This document shows positions 1-9,715 of a stretch of 40,829 nucleotides of DNA, one piece after another. A model generated the notes under the pieces. That model made no database searches and was not told the DNA's origin. It saw nothing but the letters and a program-made list of their open reading frames with translations. Both the position numbers and the translations under genes were made by a program. Source of the stretch: Octopus bimaculoides (lineage: Eukaryota); assembly GCF_001194135.2 (NCBI RefSeq), contig NC_068989.1:14477665-14518493 (forward strand), written 5' to 3'. Positions within the stretch are counted from its first letter, which is position 1. Each line of letters starts with the position of its first letter.

Positions 1-771
1 TTTCATCCTCTACCACCATCAACACACCAGCGTCATCACCACTGTCATCATCATCATCGTCATCATCATCTATTTGCCAATGTTATTGTTGGGCTTCATG
101 CCTAATTAAGAAAATTATTTATTCCCAATGCAGATTTATTTTCCTGCTTTACCCTGCTTAATCCTTGTGGGTCTCCAGCACAGANNNNNNNNNNAATGAT
201 ATGGTTTGGAAGCAAGCTTCTTACCACACAGCCACGCCTTGTCCCGACAAACACAGAATGGCCACAGCTGGAATTCTTTTGGCCATTGGAGGTCAGCTTG
301 GTCAGAGCAGGCTTGGGTTATTACACAACGACAATGACAATGATGACTTGTGATATTTCATCAAATATTAATTTGTCCAACATATTAATTAAAGAGCCAT
401 GAGGCAGCAGCTGTTTGTCTGTCAGTCCTGCCAACTGAGGCTTGTCTTCATTAGGTTTCCAAACCGTTACAGGAGTAATTAAGCCTGTAATTACTGAAGA
501 GATTCACAGAATAAGTGTTTCTGCTTGGAGACATCTGTCAATTATCTAATTGCTATACATGTATTGTTTAATTAATTAATAATTTCATATCTGCAGCAAG
601 TGCCACAGAAACGATTGAACATTTTTTTTTTTTTTTAGCATTGTTCCACTATATTTTGGGCAGTGGTGGCGGCAGTGGCAGTTGTTGTTTAACCATGGGT
701 CAAGCAGATTTATGATCATGGACATGTCAACCATGACCATCATGTCTTTTTATCTGATATTTAATGTTTTC

Positions 772-881
772 CATTGGAGCCTGGTGTAGCCATCTGGTTT
801 CACCAGTCCTCAGTCAAATCGTCCGACCCATGCTAGCATGGAAAGCAGACGTTAAACGATGATGATGATGATGATGATGAT
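772..881 (+). mobile_element. 3' fragment of SINE-like family C with (GAT)n tail
   Basis: TTGGAGCCTGGTGTAGCCATCTGGTTTCACCAGTCCTCAGTCAAATCGTCC...GTTAAACGATGATGAT nearly matches 25226-25320 and the reverse complement of 9716-9810 and 11581-11690. Confidence 0.8.
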
Positions 882-979
882 ATAAAATATTAAGAGACTT
901 GATTGCTAATTACACAAGCAGGCCAAGCAACCATGGGGAGAAACTCACTGGCCAACATTGGAAAAAAAACACATCATCT

Positions 980-1065
980 TGAATTGCCCAAGATACCATG
1001 CAGTGAAACTGAACCTAAAACCACATGGTGGCAAAGCAAGTTTCTTAAACTACACAGCCGTGCCT
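980..1065 (-). mobile_element. Degenerate family A SINE head fragment
   Basis: Reverse complement resembles the family A head GGC.CGGCTGTGTAG...CCACATGG...GGTTCAGT..CACTGCATGG..CTTGGGCAA seen in intact copies such as 2849-3011. Confidence 0.6.
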
Positions 1066-1704
1066 GAATGTATTTCTATAGCCTGTTGTATTTCTTATTA
1101 CATAGTTTCAAGACATTTATCTGTGTCTATATATATGTGTGTACATGCCTGTATGTATCCACTTATCTCTGTATGTATGTATGTCTGTGTTAGTCTATGA
1201 ATGTATGCATGTCATTACACACACACAAACAAGTATATAGACACATATTTCTATATAGGACAATACAATATGTATATATCTGTGCAGGTGTCATGGCTGC
1301 CTTTTCCTAACTAAGAATTATTATTAGTTGCGGTTGTCATAGCTGTTAGTGTTGCATCATTGATATCTTGTAATTTATGACTTTGAAATGTCTAATTTAT
1401 CCGACAGATAATCCTATTTTAACCACAAAAGTTCTTTGCTGTATTCCATTGTAACTAAGCAACACTTGATTTTGTGTTTGTGTTGTGACCAAGTCTGCAA
1501 ATCTGTTCTCATTACATTGCACCTGTCTTACGTAATATCACCAATATATGTAATACTTCATGGTTTATTTCTATTGATTTAACTATTTTCTAGAATCGTC
1601 CCTCCCCTCACTCTTCTAGCTATCTATATCTCTTTTATCTGAAAATTGTATTTACACACACACCAATGCATACATGTGTGTGTGTGAGTTAGTTTTATAT
1701 ATAT

Positions 1705-1854
1705 AGGCACAGATGTAGCTCTGTAGTATGAAGTTTACTTCGCAACCACTGAGATCCAGGATCAGCCCCATTGCCTGGCAAGTGTGTCCAACTATAGCTC
1801 CGGGCTAACCAAATCTGTGTGAGTGGATTTGGCTGGCAGAAACTGAAAGAAGCT
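1705..1854 (+). mobile_element. Family A SINE 5' half, interrupted by a family B insertion
   Basis: Degenerate head, then GGCAAGTGTGTCCAACTATAGC...GTGAGTGGATTTGG...GAAACTGAAAGAAGC as in other family A copies. Confidence 0.7.
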
Positions 1855-2076
1855 GGCAGAAACATTAGCACGCCGGGCGAAATGCTTAGCTGTATTTCGT
1901 CTGCCACTACGTTCTGAGTTCAAATCCCGCCGAGGTCGACTTTGCCTTTCATCCTTTCGGGGTCGATAAATTAAGTACCAGTTACACACTGGGGTCGATG
2001 TAATCGACTTAATCCCTTTGTCTGTCCTTGTTTGTCCCCTCTATGTTTAGCCCCTTGTGGGCAATAAAGAAATAAG
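1855..2076 (+). mobile_element. Family B tRNA-derived SINE, slightly 5'-truncated, with 16-bp TSD
   Basis: Near-identical to 29556-29787. B-box-like GAGTTCAAATCCC. GAAACTGAAAGAAGCT is duplicated at 1839-1854 and 2077-2092. Confidence 0.9.
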
Positions 2077-2123
2077 GAAACTGAAAGAAGCTTGTCATAT
2101 ATATATAGTGTGTGTGAGAGTTT

Positions 2124-2506
2124 GGGCTGTGTAGTTTACTTCCCATCCACATGGTTCCAGGTTCAGTCCCATTGCATGGCAAATGTTTTCTACTATACAC
2201 CCCAGGTTGACCAAAGCCTTGTGAGTGGATTTGGCAGATGGAAACTGAAAGAAGCCTTTTGTATGTATATATTTATGCTTGTGTGTCTTTATGTCTGTGT
2301 TTGTCTCCCTCACCATCGCTTGGCAACCGATGTTGGTGTGTTTACATCCCCATGATTTAGCAGTTCGGCAAAAGAGACCCATAGAATAAGTACTAAGCTT
2401 ACAAAGAATAAGTCCCAGGATCGATTTCTTTGACTAAAAGCCTCTAAGGCAGTGCTCCAGCATGGCTGTAGTCAAATGACTGAAACAAGCAAAAGAATAA
2501 AAGAAT
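2124..2506 (+). mobile_element. Family A SINE, near full length
   Basis: Head with GGTTCCAGGTTCAGTCCC, central GCCTTGTGAGTGGATTTGG, TA/TG linker, 3' half ending GTCAAATGACTGAAACAAGCAAAAGAATAAAAGAA. Confidence 0.85.
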
Positions 2507-2803
2507 ATACATACATATACTCTTTTTACNNNNNNNNNNNNNNNNNNNNNNNNNNNNNNNNNNNNNNNNNNNNNNNNNNNNNNNNNNNNNNNNNNNNNNN
2601 NNNNNNNNNNNNNNNNNNNNNNNNNNNNNNNNNNNNNNNNNNNNNNNNNNNNNNNNNNNNNNNNNNNNNNNNNNNNNNNNNNNNNNNNNNNNNNNNNNNN
2701 NNNNNNNNNNNNNNNNNNNNNNNNNNNNNNNNNNNNNNNNNNNNNNNNNNNNNNNNNNNNNNNNNNNNNNNNNNNNNNNNNNNNNNNNNNNNNNNNNNNN
2801 NNN

Positions 2804-2846
<43 letters not shown>

Positions 2847-2848
2847 TA

Positions 2849-3011
2849 CGATGGGCTTCTTTCAGTTTCCGTCTACCAAATCCACTCACAAGGTTTTGGT
2901 TGGCCCGAGGCTATAGTAGAAGACACTTGCTCAAGGTGCCACGCAGTGGGACTGAACCCGGTACTATGTGGTTGGTAAGCAAGCTACTTACCACACAGCC
3001 ACTCCTGCGCC
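2849..3011 (-). mobile_element. Family A SINE 5' half (tRNA head plus CORE-like segment)
   Basis: Reverse complement reads GGCGCAGGAGTGGCTGTGTGGTAAG (A-box-like)...CGGGTTCAGTCCC (B-box-like)...CACCTTGAGCAAGTGTCTTC, similar to the CORE motif ACCTTGGGCAAGT. Confidence 0.85.
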
Positions 3012-3086
3012 TAAATATGTATATATTTGGTTATTTATATCAAGTACATCTGTTTCTTGTTTGTACGTTCAATGCTGTTTGTTTAG

Positions 3087-3302
3087 CCTTTAAGCCCTCA
3101 GATTATTTTGTCAAATGTAATGCTTGTTTATTCACATTGTTTTGAATTAATCATGCTTCATTATCTTGAAATTTCGATAATGTGATTGTTTATTTGTTTG
3201 AATCACCTTGTAGGTGTGTGACTGGCCAGATCTGGCCAGTTTTGAAAATAAAACAAGGTAGAATATTTTTAGCCAGATATAGCCATTTTAAATGTTGTTT
3301 GT
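3087..3302. mobile_element. piggyBac-type MITE family P1, degenerate copy
   Basis: Colinear with the intact TTAA-flanked copy at 35782-36000 (GTCAAATGTAATGCTT...GAATTAATC...ATGTGATTGTTTAT...GATCTGG...AGCCAGATAT.GCC). Confidence 0.75.
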
Positions 3303-3306
3303 TTAA

Positions 3307-3840
3307 CTTGTTAGCACTCAGATTAATTTATCAAACATAATGCTTATTTATCCTCATTAAAAAAAAACATTGATCAAGTGTTATCTTGTAGCATCAAGGT
3401 TTTGAAGATGTGATGGTTTTATTTTTTTAGAATGACATTGTAGGGTAGGTGTGAGAGACGGGATCCGGCCAACATAAAAAAGGGATGATATGATTGTTTA
3501 TTTTTAAAATGACATTGTAGGGTAGGTGTGAGAGGCAGGATGTGGCCAACATAAAAAAGGGATGATATGATTGTTTATTTTTAAAATGACATTGTAGGGT
3601 ATGTGTGAGAGGCAGGATCTGGCCAACATAAAAAAAAGGGATGAAGATATGATTGTTTATTTTTAAAATGACATTGTAGGATATGTGTGTGAGGCAGGAT
3701 CTGGCCAACATAAAAAAAGCGATGAAGATGTGATAGTTTTTTTTTTGGAATGACATTGTAGGGTAGGTGTGAGAGGCAGGATCTGGCCAACATAAAAAAG
3801 GGAGAATATTTGGGCTGAATGTAGCCATTTTATAAATGCT
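3307..3840. mobile_element. Second P1 MITE copy expanded by an internal minisatellite
   Basis: Starts after TTAA (3303-3306), follows the P1 sequence, contains five internal repeats and resumes the P1 3' end (GAATATTTGGGCTGAATGTAGCCATTTT). Confidence 0.75.
3432..3800. repeat. Minisatellite, 5 units of 77-82 bp
   Basis: ATGACATTGTAGG starts at 3432, 3509, 3586, 3668 and 3750. Unit is approximately ATGACATTGTAGGGTAGGTGTGAGAGGCAGGATCTGGCCAACATAAAAAAGGGATGATATGATTGTTTATTTTTAAA. Confidence 0.95.
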
Positions 3841-3894
3841 TTTTATTTCAAAAGGTCATCTCCAATCTTATTGGACATGTTACCTGTCATAACA

Positions 3895-4495
3895 GCAGAC
3901 ATGGTGATAATGGTAGTGTTGGTCATCATTGTCATCACAGCAGTAATGGTGAGCAGCAACAGCAGTAATGGACATTATTGTCATCGTAGTTAGGCTCATA
4001 GCAGCATTGATGGTGGACAGTAGTGGAGGTGATTGTAGGGAAAATGACCGTCATCATTATGGCAGTAATGGTGGTGGTGGTGGTAGTAATCATCATTGAT
4101 TTCGTTGCCATTGTCATCATCTTGGCCATAGCAGCGTTGATGGTGGACAGTGGTGGTGGTGGTTGTGGTGGTGGCAATCATTTATGTCTTTATTGTCAGC
4201 ATCACTATTGTGATGATGGCACCATTTAAGGTGGTAGTAGTAGGGGGGGGTCATTATTGTTGCCATCGTCGTCATCATCATCATTGTGGTGATGCCAGTG
4301 TTGATGGTCAATAGTTGTGGTGGTAGTGGTGGTGGTCATTATTCATTGTCATCATCGTCATCATCATAGCATTGTTGACAGTGGACAGCAATGCTGGTGG
4401 TAGTGGTGGCAGCAACGATTATCATCATCATCATCATCATCATAACATTGCTGATGGTGGGTAGGCAGTGGTGGTGGCCATGCTGGTCGTGACCA
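3895..4495. repeat. Degenerate (GGT/CAT/AGT)n trinucleotide low-complexity tract
   Basis: About 600 bp of mixed GGT, CAT, AGT and GAT triplets; source of several spurious poly-V/H/T ORFs. Confidence 0.85.
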
Positions 4496-4967
4496 GATCA
4501 CATAAGAAATCATGTTTTTATGTTTGTTTCATTATTTCATTATTTATTAATTAATACTTCCATATATCTAACGCCATTAGTGTTATGAATGATGGAGAGA
4601 ATTAAAAGGGAGGTATTTATCACTAATATTATTTTTATATCCTCTTCATCACCATCACTCAATCATTAGATGGGCCTATTGTGTATTCCTATTTTTCCAT
4701 TTATCAGTTCAAGACCAATTCCATAACAGATTGTCGGAAACCCACCACTAGTAATCATGTAATCCATTACTAACTGCTTATGGTTGAGTGGACCCAGTAA
4801 GGTTGAGGAAAAAAAAAACCCAAAAACAATATCTATTAAAGGTGAATGAGCTCATTGAGAGAGTCACCTGTGCCCTTATTCTGATTGCGTGAGATGGGTG
4901 CCACCAGGGTCTCCAGACCAAAAGGAAACCCTTGGATGGAAGTTACACCGATCTTTTACTTGATGCA

Positions 4968-5150
4968 ATCATTGGACTGCAGCCATGCTGGGGTACTGTC
5001 TGGAAGGAAGTGTTTTAGTCAAACAAATCAACCTTGGTATTTTTTATAAGTTTGTTACTTATTCTTTCGGTCTGTAAGCTGAAACAATTATTTACAGAGA
5101 TGTAAACAAACCAACACCAATTGTCAAGCAGTGGGGCAAAGACAAAAAAT
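4968..5150 (-). mobile_element. Family A 3' half, older variant
   Basis: CATTGGACTGCAGCCATGCTGGGG...TTTAGTCAAACAAATCAACC...TACTTATTC...GATGTAAACAAACCAACACC..TTGTCAAGC is colinear with 14905-15075. Confidence 0.65.
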
Positions 5151-5163
5151 ATTGTGTGTGTGT

Positions 5164-5338
5164 ATCATCGTAATTTAATGTCCAACCTCTATGCTGATAT
5201 GGGTTGTGTTTGACAGGAGTTGGCAAGCCAGAGGATTGCTCCATGCTCTATTGTCTGTTTTTCGCATGGTTTTCACAGCCAGATGCCCTTCCTAACACCA
5301 ACCAAATGGACTGGGTGCTTTTTTATGTGACACTGGCA
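5164..5338 (-). mobile_element. Family C variant
   Basis: CATCGT..TTTAATGTCC...ATGGGTTG...GATGCCCTTCCTAACACCAACCA...GGGTGCTTTTTATGTG...CTGGCAC is shared with the other family C copies. Confidence 0.7.
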
Positions 5339-5417
5339 CCACACACACACACACACACACACGAACACATATATACATATGATGGGCTTCTTCCAGTTTT
5401 CATCTGCCAAATCTACT

Positions 5418-5783
5418 TTCAAGTTTCGTCTTTTTAGTGAGTGATACACAATATAAACGATATTCTCCGTTGCTCTACTCATAGCGACATATAGCTGGTG
5501 GTGCGTGAACATGGGAGAGAGCAGAAGTTACCAGAGCAAAAATCTTAAGTGTTGACTGTAGACACACTCCTTCGCAAACGATCAGCTATTATTTTGTAAA
5601 CAATGTTACGAAACTGTTCATGTTTTCGAAGAGAGAGATCTGACTCTCACATCTCTGCGGGAGAAGATAACCCTCTCTATTCCTCTTACAAAACTTACGT
5701 CCAGGTGCCAAATTTGCCTCAGTTGATGGTATTACTCAGGTAATCCTAACTTAATCCCGAGCAAAGCTGGGCTATAGTGCTAG
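5418..5783 (+). mobile_element. Helitron-like non-autonomous element, 3' terminus
   Basis: Subterminal hairpin CCCGAGCAAAGCTGGG (5756-5771) lies 8 nt before CTAG (5780-5783), followed by host T. This is the canonical Helitron 3' signature. The 5' boundary is uncertain. Confidence 0.6.
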
Positions 5784-6647
5784 TAAAATCTAAAATAAAG
5801 AACTAGCCTTGAACCAGACTACTTTCTACGAGCATTTTCATTTTCGTTATATAAAACGGAAAAGCTGGTGAACTGGCATAAGTGTTACCAAACCAAATCA
5901 AATATTTAGTAGTGTTTCTTCCAGTTCTTTTGTGTTCTAAGTTCAAATGTTAAAAGGGCTAACTTTGGTTTTTGAGGTTGGTAAAATAAGCACCAATCAA
6001 GCTCTGTAATCGAGTTCCCCCCTCCTCTCAAAGTTACTACTGGTGTTGTGCCAAAATTGGAAAAGACTTTGATTAAAAGGAAAAATATTCTCTCCTTTAG
6101 TGAAGACCACAAATTATGATCTGCAGATGGTATTGCTAACCGAACACTCTAACCATTTAACCATTTTAAACACTCATCTAGATCTAGTGTATCATCTGTT
6201 CAATAAATACAAAAAAAATAAAGAATGAAAAGAAAATTGTTGTTAAACTGATTGCTCTATTTATCATCACAACGAAAAAAAACCATAGCTACATTAAAAT
6301 TTATATTTTACACATGAGAAATTTTTAAAAAACTCATTTTTGGAAATGAAATAAAAATTCTGAACCAAAAGTCTAAAAAAAAAAAAAAAATCACAACTAC
6401 TGGTATACAGACATGATTTTTTTTTTTGTTGATTTTTTTTTTTTTTGTACTTTTCAATGAAGGAAACCCTTTGTTCACAGTTTAGTCTTAATTGCTTTGT
6501 TGCTGTAAATTGGGAATAACTACAACTATATTCTCACACTCCTCACAAACCCATATTGATACACGTGTCACAGCACATGTGCTTAGAACACTGTCCACCA
6601 CAAGCGTACACAAAACTCTAGCATTATAAATTTAATATTGTAACTGC

Positions 6648-6770
6648 TTTTTTTTGCCTTTCATCTTTTCGGGTCGATAAATTGAGTACCAGTTGCGTAC
6701 TGGGGTCGATCTAATCAACTGGCCACTCCCCAAAAATTTTGGGCCTTCTACCTAGAGTAGAAAAGAATAT
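6648..6770 (+). mobile_element. Family B 3' fragment with alternative tail
   Basis: TTTGCCTTTCATC.TTTCGGGTCGATAAATTGAGTACCAGTTGCGTACTGGGGTCGAT, then ...CCTAGAGTAGAAAAGAATATT. Confidence 0.8.
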
Positions 6771-7034
6771 TGTAACTGTTGTCATTTTATGGTGCCTTAA
6801 ATAAAGTCATATAACGTATCCTCTTGGCCATTGTCAACTAAAATGCATGTTGCACATATCCACTCCCTCTCTCTCCCTCTCTCTTTCTCTCTCTCGCTCT
6901 CTCATTATTTTCATCATTCTAATGAGCTGATTCTGTTAATTTACACATTCATCTAAATTTCCACTTTTTTTATTTATTTTTTTTTTATAAGCTCCAAGTC
7001 AACATGGAGTTTCTTCCTAAACTGGTTTTGGGTT

Positions 7035-7055
7035 TTAGTCAACTCTATAATGAAT
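7035..7055 (-). CDS. Candidate terminal coding exon (IHYRVD*)
   Basis: Acceptor ATAATTTCCAG and phase-0 join to 7526-7592, stop at 7035-7037, and AATAAA motifs in an A-rich run about 55-65 nt downstream on the minus strand. Confidence 0.15.
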   Translation of the reverse strand: MHYRVD

Positions 7056-7525
7056 CTGGAAATTATACACGACTTGGTACATATGTTGGTGTGAGGTGTT
7101 TTAAACACAGGTGTTGTAAAAAAATAATAATAATAATATTTCAACTGTAAGTTTCAAATGGAAGATTCTTTAGATTTTATTTTCATTCAAAATTCCTTAT
7201 TTGAACATAATCCCATTGTATCAGATGTCTCCTTGAAACTTTTATACATAATATCAAACATGCTGCTTGCTTGGTATGCTATTTACAGTTTCCAATCTGT
7301 AAACTTCAGTAAGGTCCTTAATAAATTAGAAATTTATTGGCAAAGAGACTCATTTGTGTATGTACATACATGCACATTAGTCCAAAATATTCTTAGCCGT
7401 CAACTCATAAAAACTTTCTGGTGGTTTGTTAAACTCTTAGAAGCAATGGTATAGAAAGATTATTTTTTAGAAAGAAGCAGCTATTTCGAGAAAGAACATT
7501 ATCTTCAACTTGCTATTGTACTCAC

Positions 7526-7592
7526 CATGATGAAATAATTATCTGCAGTGATGGAGTCAATTCTGAAAGTTTGGTGAACAATTTCAGCTCTG
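7526..7592 (-). CDS. Candidate internal exon, product unknown
   Basis: Minus strand has acceptor TTCTTTTTTCAG (tandem NAGNAG), donor ATG|GTGAGT and two open frames: RAEIVHQTFRIDSITADNYFIM or ELKLFTKLSELTPSLQIIISS. No homologue recognised. Confidence 0.3.
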
Positions 7593-8263
7593 CTGAAAAA
7601 AGAATCTAAACTAAATTGGTCTTTTAAGATTGAAGTAGCCACCAAGGAGATAGATCTATAATATGTTGCTGTGATTTATGTATGATACTGGGTGTCTATT
7701 CACAGCTTATCAGGTTTTCTTAAATAGAACTTCACACTTCTGTTCCTTTTACTTAATACTTTAATCTCATGTACATTGTGATGTTGAAGACTGATGCTGT
7801 GGTTGACCTTCCAACTGCAAACTATTGAAATTAGTTTCTTAGACACAAGGACATTTTATGCAGAGAATGTATATAGATAGTCATTTTAATGCACCACAGT
7901 ATAATATTGAAACTTTTATTACTAAGACTTGAACTCAGAACAAAAGGAAAATGATACTTAAGTAAGACTATTCATGCATTTACTGTGAAGATTTGTCGTG
8001 TCTGCTGCTAACACACGAATAGTTGTGAGTTCAAAAAGTCTTGTGGTCATTCCAAAGCTTTAAAGCCATTAGACATAGGTTGATAGCAGAAGTCAAAGAT
8101 TAAGTATGGTCTTGATAACCATAAATTATAATTCAAAATTTGATGCAATAATGTTAACATTTGGTCTTTGTTTTAAACACCACCAGTTGTCTCTCGCAAC
8201 TGGTCTGGTTAGTATATGGAGACCACCTTGGCATCAAGGAAAGGAAAAAGAAACAGTTCTTAA

Positions 8264-8717
8264 CAGCTTCTTCACCATATTTAGTTGAAATGCATCACCT
8301 TTCTTTGAATTAATTTTGAAAAGAATGAAGAATTTTGTAAAAATAACTTTATCATTGAAATAATATAAATATTTAGCATTTAAACCAGCCATATCCAGCC
8401 GGAATATTTTATCTGTTTTATGTTCAAACCAGCTGGATCTGGCCTCTCAAACCTACCCTACAATGTCGTTCTAAAAATGCAACAATCACAATATTGAATT
8501 CACAAAGCTACAAGATAATGCATGATTAGTTTAAAACAATGTGAATAAATAACTTTTACATTTGGCAGAAAAATCTGGACGCTAAAGGGTTAAACATGAA
8601 TTAACATGAAATTTTGATGGAAGGTTATAATTTAGATCACTTCAAAACATGAAAAACTTTAAATTTGAAGAACTATACAACCTCTCATTATAAAAAATTT
8701 AAAAAAACAAAAATGGG
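8264..8717. mobile_element. Old piggyBac-type MITE family P2 copy hosting a nested P1 insertion
   Basis: 8264-8360 and 8594-8660 align with consecutive parts of the 18345-18567 element (ACCATATTT...TAATTTTG.AAA.AATGA.GAATTT and ACAT.AATTAA...TGATGGAA...ATTTAGATCA). Confidence 0.6.
8372..8589. mobile_element. P1 MITE, opposite orientation to 35782-36000
   Basis: Contains CCTACCCTACAATGTC (reverse complement of the P1 core) and ends GCTAAAGGG|TTAA (TTAA at 8590-8593). Left end is degenerate. Confidence 0.8.
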
Positions 8718-9715
8718 TTAGAGAAAAAAAAAAGAAAGAAGGTAATTTTAAATTGGATGGCTCTTGTATTTTGAATAGTGGCATATCACCTTTTCTCATT
8801 CTATCAAGAACACCCTGAAATCTGATGAAATTCCTTTGAATTTAAGTATTCTATATTGTAAGCATCAGTGATTTTGCTTATATTTGTACCCCGTATATAC
8901 TCAGATCACACTTTCCATTACCCCATCACAGTTGCCACACTCACCCTATACAATTCTGATATCCTACTCATTTATAATCTCTGTGTGTGTGTGTGTGAAT
9001 GTATCAGATTGTGGGGTGTATGATCTTACAAATGAGTAAACAAGGTTTCTACTTAGATGTTCACTTAATATGCTAGGAATAGCAACCAAATCTCTCCACT
9101 TTTAAAAATGAAGTATTTTGGGAGAAGAAAAACATAAAACGGTACAATCAACAACCCCATCCTCTTTCTAATTCTTCTGAAAATCCCACCACTTCCCACC
9201 CCTCTACTTATCATCCCTGTTGGCAAGGTCCCATCCCTCCCACTCCCATATGACTGACAATTAATCACTCTGCCAAGATATCAGGATTAGCTTTAAGTCT
9301 ACTCTGTGACATAGCCAAGCCACCATGACTTAATACATTATGAAGTGCTTCTGCCTTCCCATCCCAAAGCCACCAAACTTCCTTCACTACTGCACTTGAC
9401 ACTGCTTACCACCAGCTATTAAGTTAACTTGTTGACTTACTACTGTATTTTACATTCAGCTTACTACGCAGGAGATATTCCCTTCATCAGCTGGCAATTA
9501 AAGATCACAATGATTTCAGCACTTTTTATTAAGTATTACTTTCCAGTGGTATTGAACAACATTGATATTACCAGGGAATGTCTGGGCTTTTACATCCTCA
9601 CTGTAGTATGCATCATGAATGATGAACAGCTTGCTTCACAGCAGACATTTCACCATCATCAAGTCACCATTTTTTTTTTTTTTCAATAAAATAGTTTTTA
9701 ATTATTCATCTTCAT

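Noticed and set aside
3432-3800. CRISPR-like regularly spaced repeats
   Set aside because: The units are contiguous with no unique spacers, derive from a MITE, and the context is eukaryotic with no cas genes.
6154-6195. Minus-strand micro-exon DTLDLDECLKWLN resembling the second half of an EF-hand
   Set aside because: The acceptor is good but the donor (GTTAGA) is weak. Only part of the motif is present, and the phase-0 join from the 7526 candidate stops after three codons.
8945-9015. Short inverted repeat CAATTCTGATA / TATCAGATTG
   Set aside because: Only about 10 imperfect base pairs; expected by chance.
9470-9630. Minus-strand open stretch FIIHDAYYSEDVKAQTFPGNINVVQYHWK
   Set aside because: No convincing acceptor, no recognisable homology, and the length is expected by chance.
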